Below are positions 1-11,027 of a stretch of 21,381 nucleotides of DNA, one piece after another (the first letter of the stretch is position 1; each line of letters starts with the position of its first letter). The DNA comes from Anthoceros angustus (lineage: Eukaryota; Plantae; Anthocerotophyta). The DNA lies in the NCBI GenBank assembly GCA_010909165.1, contig VJWM01000394.1, forward strand, positions 1-21,381. Direction: 5' to 3'. The position numbers and the translations under genes were made by a program. Below the pieces are notes generated by a model. That model searched no databases, had not been told where the DNA came from, and worked only from the letters and a program-made list of their open reading frames with translations.

Positions 1-719
1 AGGTCCCAATCCTGCCCGCTCTAAATCCCCTTTGGTCCTTGTCGCGCACCCCTGCACTCAGTCCAGTTCATGTAATTCCACCGCTCTTCCATGAAACCGG
101 CTCCTTCACCACCTCCCATCGAACTTTCCAATGATCCATGTTCGGCCATTGGGCAAGCACAATTCGGTGGTGACCTTGGGCGCCATCCCTCTCACGGTCT
201 TCCCGGTCTCGCGCCACAAACCAACGCCACCTGCGAATTTCACGGGGTCGGCCTGTGGTTCCTACCTCGAAGGAGCGCCTGTCGCGCCTTCCTCCTCCTC
301 CTCGCGCCTGGCGGGACGGGGTTCGAGCTCCTTCCTTCGTGCGCGCCGCGCCTCCTCACTGCGGTGCCCCAACGCCCCTCGACTGGCCGCCTCCGCTGGC
401 CCCGGCCGCCTCCCGCGTTCTCGTTGTTTGAACGGGATGTCATTCCTAGGGTTAAGTTTCCTGTGTTCCCCTACTCTGCTCGACCTCTCGACCGCTTCCC
501 ACATCCCAATCCACAACCCCACACTCATTCGGCTACGCGCGTCGACCCCCCAACTTATAGACCTATCACACTCTAATTATTCCAACCCCCTATCTCACAT
601 ATATAGACTTTTTAGGAACATTCCAGTCCATGGGCCAAGGAACACCAAATTCCGGACCATTTATTTTCTAACTTAAAATCAAAACAAGAAAAGAATCCAT
701 AGGCCAAGGGCATTTCTTC

Positions 720-727
720 TATAAATA
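720..727 (+). promoter_or_regulatory. TATA box upstream of the degenerate ORF at 761
   Basis: TATAAATA about 35 bp upstream of an ATG at 761 (context cacaccATG), at the switch from pyrimidine-rich to purine-rich sequence. Confidence 0.4.
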
Positions 728-760
728 CCGCCTACTACCAACCCGACTTATTTTCACACC

Positions 761-2952
761 ATGATCCCAAAACAAAAACACTTCCGGCACGCCCCAACAG
801 GGTTTCCAAGTCCAGATCGTCTACACAAGGCCGGGCAGAGGCGATAGCCGGCCTTGACGCGATTGTGCACTTGATCCTCGAATGGCGCAATCACTGCAAG
901 GGGTGTTCTAACTCATGATGACCGCAGTGGTCTGGATGCGGTGAGTGCGGTGGACAACGATGCGTTAAAGCCTTGATAAACAAGCATGGGGTGAAATGGT
1001 CAAGGAGGCCATGCAACCACATGAAGTGGAGGGACTCGTTGTTCGGGCGGCCGAGCGGGCAAGGCACGTAATCGCTGGTACCGTGAGGACGGTTGTGAAT
1101 GAACTCGCACCGGCAAGATGGCGGACGCTCCAAAGAAGAGAAAGCACGTTAGTGAAACTGCGGTCTCAAGCATTCCTGCACTGTGGTCAAGTCCAAGATA
1201 AGCCGACACTTCGCAGATGACGCGACACGCACTCGATGTGTGGAAGCTGGCAGCCGCAGAGGAAATGGTAGAGGGGAGGACATGGAAGAAACCGAGCATG
1301 GTGGATGACGAAGAGTGGGAAGATGCACTTGCATGGGCTCGGATGGAGTTGAAGAGGAACGGAAGTTTGAGCCATCAAGTACGAAATCGCAGCAAAAGAG
1401 AGGCTAGCCAAAACGGGGATGGGTCCAAACCCATGGGGAAAGGGAGGGCGTGGCCGGGTGGTGAGGTTTGAGAATCAAGATGGGCGGTTTCCAACGGAAG
1501 AAGAGGCAGTATGGGAGGTTGAAGAGGACGATTTCCATGTGGGCGGTCCGCGATAGTGGGGTTCTGTGTGAGTTCCTACATGGTAAGGCAGGGAGTGTAC
1601 AAGACAAGACACCGTAGATTCGCCATTGCAAGGAGAACAAGGAAATGACCATTTTGCTTAATGACATTGAATTGGAGATGGATCCCGATATGGTGGCCTT
1701 CCGAGGCGACGGAAGGAAGGGGTGGGAGGCAGCAGCAGTGGTGGCGATGGACGGGAGAGGCTAGGAAGGAATGCATACCAAGGGGCTTGGGGGAGGAGGA
1801 GAGGAGGCGGCACAACGTATTGGGGGGAAAGGCGACGATGAAACAAGAGCTGAAGTGGAGACGGGCCACGAGGGCGCAAGGTGAGGGAGGCAGCAGAGGG
1901 GAAACGAGATGGACGAAATTGTGGTGCCCGCGACACCACGATCGCCTGTGTTTGGTGGAAGCCGCATGCCCGGAATGGTGTGATTGGAGGCAGGCGACGA
2001 GGGTCAGGTCACGGGCAGCAAGCAACATGGAGAAGAGGTGGAGGAGTGCCCGAGACCGAAGGTGACGGCCATGTTTGCGAGGGTGGAGCTGGGATCGGGA
2101 TGGATTGACGACGCTGAATGGGGTGAACAATGAGTGTGGAGGGCGGAGTCGGTGGTGGACCACGGAGGGGCAACCGATCCGTCACTGTGAGGAAACACAC
2201 TTGTGTGCACGGTGGATGCCAAAAACGCAGGGGAGTAGGAGGAGCGGTATGGGGACTGACAAAGTGGATCACCCAAAGCATCCATGCTGGGCAAAAAGGC
2301 GCACTAGCATGAGGCATGTCCGTGGGGAGAGAGAATGAAGGAGGTTCAAGAGGGCATGCGCCTTTGATATGGGCAAAGGCCTGCATGATGCGTGGGGACA
2401 GGGGACGGGGACGCAGATCATGGACGATCCAAGAGGTGTCAAGAGGACGATGCCTAATTTCGTGCCATATCTTGCACTGGCCGAGAGCATGGACCTACAT
2501 AGTGGAGCCCGCTGAGGCAACGCCACCGCGATAAAGGGTGGCGGGCGAAAGAGGAAAAGAGGAGGAGTAGAGGCGGCGTGAAAGTGACAAGGGCATACAA
2601 GAAGAAGGACGGAGAGGAAATGCCCACCAAGCGGCGTAAGATACGAGGGACCGAGGTAAGGCAAATGGTCACTATGGTGATTGGTACACCCATTAACGCT
2701 GGTAACTCATGATGGCCATGCTGGTTTGTGTGCCAGCAGTGGAGGGAAGCGGTAGAAGTGGCAAAGCTTGCCTCACCAACGCAAGTGAGGGGAAGAAGAA
2801 ATTGGGAATCGAACGAGGGCGGAAGTTTCGAGGTGCATACGACGAGTAGGAAGTGCCTTACATGGAGGCGTAAAAGCATAAGCCAGCATACCAAAACTCC
2901 TCCGCAAAGACAATCTTGTAGGGGCATAACCTCACGTGATGCGTCACAATAA
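761..2952 (+). pseudogene. Degenerate ORF of unknown function, probably carried by the CACTA-like element
   Basis: About 2.2 kb with strong G/A skew. Broken + frames give acidic, Glu/Gly-rich peptides (e.g. VDDEEWEDALAWARMELKRNG, LLNDIELEMDPD). An AT-rich 3' region follows. No family recognised. Confidence 0.3.
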
Positions 2953-3331
2953 GGTGATAGGTGGGGACAATATATATGGAAGCCGCTGGCTATTGGTGAC
3001 GTGGAAGGACAAACCGCATCATGCTATAAAGTAGGGGTAGAAAGAGCCGCTTATTTACACGATAGTAAATACATAGTTGCATCATGAATATGTACAAAAG
3101 GTACGATGGAATACGATAGTATACAAACTTATTTTATATGAAATTGAATACGCCTTATAGCACTTAGAATAATATATTACATTTATCAGAGACTACATGT
3201 ATAGTATAAGGATGTATTCGTATTTTTATATATGGTCGATTGAAGGGCGACATGGTAACTACCAAGTAAACGTATTGTAAGGGCAAAAGTAAAAGGAATA
3301 GTGGATGGGGAGGAGGTTCTACCAAGCTCCA

Positions 3332-3596
3332 AAAGTGTTACAAGACCTCTCTTGTAACACTTTAGATGTTGCAATCATGTTGCAATTTTGAGAGAGGCAA
3401 ACCACCTCTCATCTTAACATAATTGCAACACCATTGCAACATGATTGCAACAACGGCCGTGGTATGGTTTCCAAGCCAAAGTGTAACAAGGGGCGCAATA
3501 AGTGTTACATGACCCCAAAATTGCAACATGAGTGTTACATCCAAGGGTCCAAATCTTAACATAAAGTGTAACATAGGGTGCCCTTTTCTAGTAGGG
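3332..3596. mobile_element. Right end (subterminal repeats and TIR) of a probable CACTA/En-Spm-like DNA transposon; left end outside the window
   Basis: Dense direct and inverted TGTTGCAAT / GTGTTACA motifs: a 14-bp-stem hairpin at 3332-3363 and a 20-bp perfect inverted repeat at 3367-3386 / 3433-3452. Ends in TTTTCTAGTAGGG (3584-3596), one mismatch from the reverse complement of CACTACTAGAAAA. Confidence 0.55.
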
Positions 3597-3611
3597 TGAG
3601 CTCGCCACACC

Positions 3612-5078
3612 ATGGAGGGGCATGAGTTTGAGATGGCTTCACAAGTACCTACAGTGATGGCCTTAGATAACCGTGAGGACACAAATCTAGCAATGCTGCA
3701 GGTACCTCCAATGATAGCCAGGGACAGCAATGAGAACACAAATCTAGCAATGTCATATGACGGCCGTCGGGATAAAATTTTACTTGCTTTGGGTGTGTTG
3801 TGTGCTCTTGAGATTTGCTCATCGTCTCTCCGGACATTCATAACTGCTGTAGCACTGGCTTTGCATCACGAAGTGTTCAAGTCCAGTGGGAGAAAAAAGA
3901 AACGACGATCAACATGGTGGGTGAAACGAAACCAAGGGTTTACGGATCAATCACTTCTTGGGTCTTACACAAATGAGATGTTCAAGGAGCGTTGTCGAGT
4001 AAGCAAAGCCACCTTCGATTTGAAATTGGCCCTTGTGCAAGACACCACATTTTGGAAAGCCATTCTGGACGCAAGAATTGCGATGGCCTCGTGAGGCTGG
4101 CCACGGAGACACGCTTCAAACTCTTAGCGATCGCTATGGATACAAAGACAATTGCTTTGTAATGCTACTTTGGAATTGCAGCCTTGGTTTCCAAATTGCA
4201 CGATACCTACATCATGTGGCCTGGAAAGAGCAAAATGGCTGCATATGCAGCAGAGTTCCTTGAATTGCAAGGTATCCCATATGTGGTTGGAGCCGTCGAT
4301 GGGAGTCACATCCCCATTATTGCTCCTCGCAGAAACAAGGGGGATTACTCTAACAGAAAAGGGTTCTACTCTCAACTTCTTCAGTTAACCGTGACTGCAA
4401 ATTGTCTCGTGTGAGATTACGACTATGGATGGGCAGGCAGTCTTAATGATTGGAACTGCTCACTGATAGATCCGAGCTTGGACAAAATGTGATGCGTGCG
4501 GACATTATTGTCTAGTTGGAGACGCAGGCTATTGGCCCAAGCTCTACATGTTGACTTCTTATAGAGGGTCTAAGGACTGATGACACTAGAGTAGAACATT
4601 GGAACTTTGTTCAAAGTTCCACCGGATGGTCAGAAAGAGCATTTGGAATCTTGAAAGCGAGGTGGAGGTGTCTCGCTAAAAGAAAAGAACATGGAGTCGC
4701 AACATCCCTATTGTCGCTCGAGGCATGTTTAATTCTACACAACATGTGCATCATCCATAGACGCAATTCGATCAAGCTTGGCTAGAAGAGGCGATATTCA
4801 TGTGTTCATGATATGGATGATGACGAGGAGGCCACAAGAGCACTCGAGAAACTCTATATGAATTGAATGGGGTGCGTCATGGTAGGGGGAATGTCCACAG
4901 GGTTCAATCTGCACACGGAGAGGAACAGGAAGACGAAGTTGAGATGCCTGGATATGAAGCAGGAGTGAAGCGAATCCGGAACATAGCTAGAGCTTTGTAT
5001 GAAACAAGAACCCAAAAGAATATTAGGCTAGTTTTTTTGGAAGACATAGATTTAGAGTCTTGTGATGAAGAACTGTGA
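3612..5078 (+). pseudogene. Harbinger/PIF (HARBI1-like, DDE_Tnp_4) transposase
   Basis: Motifs across frames: WWVKR...FKERCRVSKATF, RLATGD, GIPYVVGAVDGSHIPI, YSNRKGFYS, GWAGSLND, LVGDAGY, ERAFGILKARWRCL, ACLILHNMCI. Several frameshifts and an in-frame TGA at 4412-4414, probably from TGG. Confidence 0.9.
3640..3753 (+). repeat. Two imperfect 57-bp in-frame tandem units in the transposase N-terminus
   Basis: QVPTVMALDNREDTNLAM / QVPPMIARDSNENTNLAM; both units end in acacaaatctagcaatg. Confidence 0.75.
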
Positions 5079-5189
5079 TCAGCATTCAGTCCGCTTGTGT
5101 ACCTCAAGAGAGCTTGTTCTATGTAAGGCTGATTTTCAACTCAAGACAGTATAAACTAAGGCTGATTTTCAATCTGTGATGAGTGGCCA

Positions 5190-6056
5190 CTAAACTCTAA
5201 CAATGCCACTTTCTTTTCCTCCATGGCTTCCAATTTTTGGGACATGGAACTCAAGAGACTGATAGCATCAGATGCATTATCTTGTCCAATCCTCCTCTTT
5301 TTGGCCATGTCTTCATTGCTCCATCAAGAATCCCACACTTGACCTCTTGTGTGAAGAGGCATGAGTCTCACATACAACGTGAGCACGGTTATGCATGTAG
5401 AGGTCAACAATGTCAAACCATGCACATTTTTCAGTCCTGTTGTTGCTTGATATGGCATTGTGAGCCTTGTCCACCTTGTAATCCTTATAAATCATTTTCC
5501 ACCGCCTCTGCCTCGAATTCTTGTCAAATCATGACAAGTTGCAAATTGCCGCAGCCACCTTGCTCCAAATCTCTCAATTTAGGGGCCGAGAAGACCTAAG
5601 ACCACAAGTTGCATTTTATGGTCATGTAGCTTGAACTGGCAAAAGCTAAGATACCTTGTTTTGGTGACTTTTAATTCGCCCGCATCCCACGACATGGATG
5701 AGATTTATCACATGGTGCTCTTTCCATGCATCTGCCCTCTTGCTGCCTATAGAAGGTTCAGCTTCTGCCTTCACATTTGGCTCCTTCTTCACTCCACGAC
5801 GGCGTCGTTTGGTGGGGATAGGTGCAATTTGCACGCAATCTTCATCCTGATGGAGCTGATTGCCTCCAGACTGAGATGCTGGATGCACTTGCAAGAAAGA
5901 GCCCGCTGGCAACCCCCGCATAGCAAGAGGTGGCAAGGAATTGCCAATGGGCCCCGGGATGGGCAAAGGCAATGGAAAGTTATTGGCGTAAGAAAAACCG
6001 CTCACTTGCGAGCCTATGAGAAGCCACTTATTTGTGAGCCGCGGCCGCCTTGCCAT
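5190..6056 (-). pseudogene. Harbinger ORF2, Myb/SANT-like (trihelix) DNA-binding protein
   Basis: Basic NLS-like TKRRRR, then AWKEHHVINLI...IWSKVA...RWKMIYKDYKVDKAHNAISSNNRTEKCAWFDIVDLYMHNR, a spaced-Trp Myb/SANT pattern. Convergent with the transposase and interrupted by stops. Boundaries approximate. Confidence 0.75.
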
Positions 6057-6452
6057 CGATCTTGACCACTGAAACCACCACCGACGTATGAGAACATACT
6101 AGGTCCAGAACGGATCCATGTCCGTCCCGCTTAAGCAAAGCAATGGTTTCTAAATGAGGTTCACAACTTGTGGAAGAAGGTGCGCTTCCCGCTACAAAAT
6201 AAAGTGAGTCAATAGGGTGAACGGTATGGAGAATGGGGTGTCGAACGGACCGTAAGAGGTAAATATTCACCGTAATAAAGTTCTGAAGAATGCCACATGT
6301 CTACATACCATTGCTTAGAAGTTTTTGGGTCTGACATAACGAGACCCTGTTAGCTACCGGTAACTACTGCCAGCTTTCAGAAGTGAGAGAACTTGCCATG
6401 TCACCATAGCATGACCGGGTAGTGTATAAGGGGTCTCTCCAATCCCTGACAA

Positions 6453-6485
6453 GGTGGTCATGACCACCCTAGTGTAAACCCGGCC
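6453..6485. repeat. Harbinger right TIR with adjacent 16-bp palindrome
   Basis: GGTGGTCATGACCACC (6453-6468) is a perfect palindrome. TIR at 6471-6485, TTA at 6486-6488. Confidence 0.7.
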
Positions 6486-6514
6486 TTAGATGGACCGTCA
6501 CCCGTCCTCCAGCT

Positions 6515-6687
6515 ATAGGGACCACTTGTTCTAAATAACATGTCCTTATGTCTTACGGAACCACCTGTTGTAAACATTATGACCATGCTCCTGCGGGGCC
6601 ACCAGTTGTGAGTACGGGGCCGCCAATTGTTAATACGGGGTCTCTAAGTTGTTAGTGCCTACTGGTTACTCCAAATAAAAAAATCCC
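6515..6687. repeat. Array of about five GGGGCCACCAGTTGT-like motifs, possibly the terminus of another (Mutator-like) DNA transposon
   Basis: Variant motifs near 6518, 6557, 6595, 6617 and 6637, the last three about 21 bp apart. Ends in AAAAAAATCCC (reverse complement GGGATTTTTTT). No partner end in the window. Confidence 0.35.
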
Positions 6688-7019
6688 AGCGTGGGACTCC
6701 GAATTCACTAGAAAACAAAGTCAAGGTTGCTCAGGACGACTTCCATCAGCAGCTCCGACGCACTGAGGCAGCTTCGTCCGAACATGGAAGTCGTATCAGA
6801 CCCACGTTCGTCGCCCACCACTTGATTCGAATCCAAAGCTTTTCAGCTACCATATTCATCGAAATGGAGACTAGCACTAGCAAAGGGTCCACTCATCGCA
6901 GCTGCTTCGCTGGATAACCGTCCTTGGTACTGGACACCTTCCTCCCTAAGCACTTGCAACCTTCCCTCCTGCCAGATATCTTCAACCCCAAAATGTTTCT
7001 AGAGGACCTCGAGAGAGAG

Positions 7020-7129
7020 CGATGAATCGGACCAAGCGAGAGACGCGCCTGGTGGGAGATCGATGAATCTGACCAAGCGAGAGACGCGCCCGGTGGGAGA
7101 TCGATGAATCGGACAAAGAGAAAGACGCG
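7020..7129 (+). repeat. 41-bp tandem repeat (about 2.7 copies) directly upstream of the LecRK start codon
   Basis: GATGAATC recurs at 7021, 7062 and 7103. Unit: cgatgaatcggaccaagcgagagacgcgcctggtgggagat. Confidence 0.9.
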
Positions 7130-9233
7130 ATGTTGTCCCAGCTCTGCATCGGTGCCCTCCTGCTGCTTCCTCTGCTGGGCGTGGGATTGAGCTGCTGCCG
7201 TGCGCAGAATGTGGAGTTCTCCTTCAGCAACTTCTCAGGAGCGGGCATCCTGCTGAGCGGCAACTGCACTGTGGGAGAGGGAGGATTTTTGCAGCTCACT
7301 GTGAACGCCAGCGACCCGGGGAAGAATGCAGCGCGGTCATTGGTGTCCAGAGTGGTGTTTGCCTCCCTGGTGCAGTTCTACGATGTGGGTTCTGGTGCGG
7401 AAGCTTCCTTCAGTACCTCCTTCACCTTCAGGATAAAGGCGGTGCCGGGGAACTTCATGGGGGATGGGATGACCTTCATCATCGCTCCCATCCCCGACGT
7501 CCCCCGGAATAGCGGTGGTGGTGCTCTCGGTCTCTACGACTCCGCATACCCTCCCAAGGATCCCAGGATTCAAGTCCTGGCCGTGGAGTTCGACACCAAT
7601 TACAATGAGGGTGATCCCGTGGACGACTCTAACCACGTCGGGCTGGACATCAACAGCTATGTGTCTGTCACGACCCAGAACCTGTCAGTCTACGGTATTG
7701 AGCTCAACAATAGTGCTGAGGACACTCCCGCCTTGTCGGCTTGGATCGACTACTCTGCGGACAGGCAGGAGCTGGTGGTACACATGGCCGTGGCTGGAGC
7801 CCAGAAAGCAAATGCCTCTCGTGTGCTTTCGTACAGCGGGTTGAACGTCTCCAGCATCGTGCAACAGCATTCCTATGTCGGGTTCACGGCTAGCACAGGC
7901 TTCTACATCGAGGAGAACTACGTCTACGACTGGAGCTTCTCCACCAGTGGCCTGCCACAAGCTCCCTCTCCTCTGCCTCAGGCTCCGACTGAGTCTCAGC
8001 CTCCGACTGAGCCTCAGCCAGGCAAGAAGAACAGCAAAGGCAGCAGCACTGGCTTGGTTGCAGGGGTTGCAATTGGGGCAACTCTTCTGGTAGTTGCTCT
8101 TGGCTGGTTCTTTGGTTGCAGATCTGGTAGGTCTTCCGAGAAGAATGGCCTGGAGCACCTCCGTGGTCTCATGATGGTAGACAAAGCACCAACTTCATCC
8201 ACGGGAAGGAGCTCCGAGCCCTCAGGCCCTTGTTCCATGGAGGATGTGGATGTGAGCTACGGGACTCGGACCTTCACGTACCAGGAGCTGAAGAAGGCGA
8301 CTCAAGGGTTCAGCCAGTCACTTATCCTGGGGAAAGGTGGATGGGAGTGTACCGGGAGTGATGCGGATTGGAGACTTGGAGGTCCAGCTGGCCAAAAGGA
8401 TCTCGCAGGATTCAAGGCAGGAGAGAAGGAGTTTCGAGCGGAGCTGAAGAGCCTGGGGCAGCTTCGGCACAGGAACCTGGTGCACCTCCATGGCTGGTGC
8501 CATGAGCGGGACCAGCTTTTGCTGGTGTGAGTACATGCCAAATCTGAGCCTGGATCGGCACCTCTCTACTCCAGAGAGCAGGTGCTATCCTGGGCGGACA
8601 GGTTTCATATTGTCCAAGGGATAGCAGCTGCTTTGGTTTACATCCACACGGAGTGGAAGAAGTGCATCCTGCACAGGGACATCAAGCCCAGCAACGTGAT
8701 GCTCGACTCGAATATGGAAGGTCGGTTGGGAGACTTCGGCTTGGCCCGCCTAGTGGAGGAGACCTTCACCACGGGCCTCACTCTGACAGGGTTAGCTGGG
8801 ACCAAGGGCTACATGGCTCCGGAGCTTGCCTTAGCTGGGAAAGCCACGTCTAAGTCGGATGTTTTCAGCTTTGGGGTTCTGTCGCTGGAGGTAGCTTGTG
8901 GCAGGAGGCCGCAAATCCCCGACCAGGAAACTCAGCTAGTGGAGTGGGTGGCAGATGCAAGCTGGCACCCTCCTGGATGTGGCAGACCCAGCTATGGACG
9001 GCAAGTTCCATGCCAGCCAGCTAACCTGTGTGCTACATGTGGGCTTGCTGTGCACCCACCCGGATCCCAGCGTGAGGCCTTCTACCAGGCGCATGCAGCA
9101 GATCTTGATCGGAGATGTTGAACCACCTCCGCTCCCCAGGTCTAGACCAGTTGCGATGTACGGCTTTGATCTCCAGCACACTCCCGAGGAACCGATAAGA
9201 CAATCCCCAGAGATGCCCTGGTTGGAAAGCTGA
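7130..9233 (+). CDS. L-type (legume) lectin receptor-like kinase (LecRK), intronless, with apparent frameshifts in the kinase part
   Basis: Signal peptide; legume lectin domain (ASFSTSFTF, GDGMTF, LAVEFDT, NHVGLDINS, AWIDY, YVGFTASTG, WSF); Pro-rich stalk; TM helix (GLVAGVAIGATLLVVALGWFFGC). RD kinase with FTYQELKKAT, LRHRNLVHLHGWC, HRDIKPSNVMLD, DFGLARL, GTKGYMAPE, SDVFSFG, GLLCTHPDPSVRPS. Frame breaks near 8340-8400, 8528, 8570 and 8950. Confidence 0.93.
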
Positions 9234-9619
9234 GCGTTTCCCTGTGTCGTGTCCTGGAATCGTATATTTGCTTGCGCACTGTTGCGAAAGGAGCCTCCCA
9301 GGAGAAGAAAGCAATTCGGCTCACCTTTGGCATTTGGACACATGCGGGTTGGAGGAGGAAGACAGAAAGGAGGCCCTGTGGTATGTACAGAAGTAGTGTC
9401 TGAACTATGCCAAGCAGTGCCAGGGTTGCACGCTTTTCGCAGGGTGTACATATCTATGTAGCCCAGGAGCAGAGCACTGGGAACAGTAGGCAAAAAATTC
9501 CGAGTACGAGCCTCTGAATTTCTTAGCAGATTGGACCATTCAACTCTGCGACTGATCTCAAAAAATCGAATCTGACTGAGATCCACTCGACTTTCATGAC
9601 GCCACTGCATCTCCTGCAT

Positions 9620-9724
9620 TGGTATCTTGTTTGTCGAGCTCGACTGCTCAACATGGCATCCAGCCTCCCCGTTGCTCCACTTGCGACAAGCACCTAACAC
9701 AGTGCCAAAATGCACCATTAGGAG
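9620..9724 (-). pseudogene. Remnant PPR E1 motif of a paralogue
   Basis: Reads PNGAFWH-VLGACRKWSNGEAGCH...ELDKQD. It aligns at DNA level to the E1 motif of the neighbouring PPR gene (PNGAVWHAVLGACQKWSNLELGRH, ~11310-11417). Confidence 0.75.
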
Positions 9725-10009
9725 CATGTAAAATCTAGCAAAAGTTTATAGGGTATTGTCTAGTTTTCCATATCCTGTACTGAGTTTGCAACCCACCTGC
9801 TTGGTTGCTAACCATAGGTTGAATCATACACCGGGCTGCGATTCCCACAGGTGAAAACGCACTATTGGCTCCCCAGCTAATAGACCGGCTAGGTGATGTT
9901 TCGTAGAGTTGGGCCAGTTCCGTTCTCTCCCTAGTAAAAATATTCCACACCTATCAAAACAAAAAATTTCAAGCATCTTTCAAATATCTTTGGTCTTTCA
10001 TGTTTAGCT

Positions 10010-10945
10010 GGGTGTAAGACGAGAACACCATTTGCCATTCCTCGCTACCAGCTTCCAGAGCTGTTCTGACTTGCTCGCCGTTACTCGAGAAATCTTGCAT
10101 GCTAATCGAATATCAAGCTGCAAAGTCAGAGTCTGGCTTGCTCTCTTTCAATTTGCAGCTATGGGCCCCTCCCGATGACTCCGGGCCGCACTTGGGCAGC
10201 ATATCGCTGTGCATGACACCGTCCAAGACATCATGTTCTCTATTGCTAGGGATGGCGGGTTCCTTCCATTTAGGGAGCGCCCTTACACCCTGCTCAACGG
10301 TTTCGCTAGGTGATCTATTTTTGACCTGTGGATCGGTTTCGTTGATGTAGTTATAACCGATCCCACTCGGGATAGTGTATGCGAACATGTTAGCCTTAAC
10401 CCTCCAGGTTGGAGGGCTGCGCGACAACTAAGGTCCACAAGTAGGTCTCCTATCCAGGACGGCCACGCCTTCATCCCCCTTGCCATCGAGACTCACAGAG
10501 TCATGGGCAAGGATTTCTCTAGGTTCATCAAGGCCTGTGCCAAGGCTTATCACAACGCAAGAATGGGTTGCCTCCCCCTTTCTTGTATTGTTGCTTTCTT
10601 CTGGTAGAGGGTTTACATCGCTCTGCAAGAGAGCATTGGCCAATGCAGTGTACTGAACGATAGCGAGCGCGGGAGATGCTAGACTTTTAATATCCCCAAC
10701 CGCGAAATTCTTCGAATGATTGGTAGTTTTAAAATGCGTGATCCTGGGACTAGTCCCACATCTTGAAATGCGTGATCCTGGGACTAGTCCCGCATCTTGA
10801 AATGCGTGATCTTGAAATGATCCTAGGGGACTAGTCCCGCATCGTACCCTTCATTGGTGTTTCCCTTTTGCTTTTGGGGTGGATGGTTTTTTCCATTTCT
10901 TTTTTATAATAAAATCTTTTTTTCCATTAAATCGAAACAAATATT
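10010..10945 (+). mobile_element. 5'-truncated CRE-like non-LTR retrotransposon relic (zinc knuckle, restriction-like endonuclease, 3' UTR)
   Basis: CSYG..DDSGPHL..QHIAVHDTVQD (decayed CCHC), then VDVVITDPTR...GHAFIPLAIETHRVMGKDFSRFIKACA...FFW*RVYIALQ, the C-terminal pattern of RLE-type elements. T-rich tail with AATAAA. Confidence 0.75.
10732..10843. repeat. 34-bp tandem repeat with palindromic core GGGACTAGTCCC
   Basis: Two near-identical units (10732-10765, 10766-10799), then a partial and a variant unit. Confidence 0.9.
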
Positions 10946-11027
10946 TAACTTTCAGAAGTTTTATAAAATGCTGCAACGCGTAACGTAAGTAAACACCTAA
11001 GGAGCCAGCCCTTTGTGTTCAAGTGCC

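Larger units (their letters stand above)
3597..6485 (+). mobile_element. PIF/Harbinger DNA transposon, decayed; left TIR not in window
   Basis: Convergent DDE transposase and Myb/SANT ORFs. Terminal AGTGTAAACCCGGCC (6471-6485; reverse complement GGCCGGGTTTACACT) is followed by TTA, the typical Harbinger target trinucleotide. Confidence 0.85.

Noticed and set aside
91-676. Overlapping 161-aa and 181-aa ORFs
   Set aside because: Low-complexity Pro/Ser/Arg products of a C-rich tract with no recognisable domain.
2690-2760. F-box-like motif (VCQQWREAV)
   Set aside because: Only a few residues match, in a broken frame; not supportable without a profile search.
3570-3592. Helitron 3' end (CTAG followed by T)
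   Set aside because: No strong GC-rich hairpin at the expected distance. The subterminal repeat field and TTTTCTAGTAG fit a CACTA end better.
5124-5172. 16-bp direct repeat TAAGGCTGATTTTCAA between the Harbinger ORFs
   Set aside because: Probably a simple local duplication, with no evidence of function.
8936-9727. 263-aa minus-strand ORF
   Set aside because: A chance fusion of the E1 relic, intergenic DNA and the antisense strand of the LecRK 3' end.
10732-10843. CRISPR-like array (palindromic ~34-bp repeats)
   Set aside because: Units are contiguous with no unique spacers, there are no cas genes, and the context is a eukaryotic retroelement.
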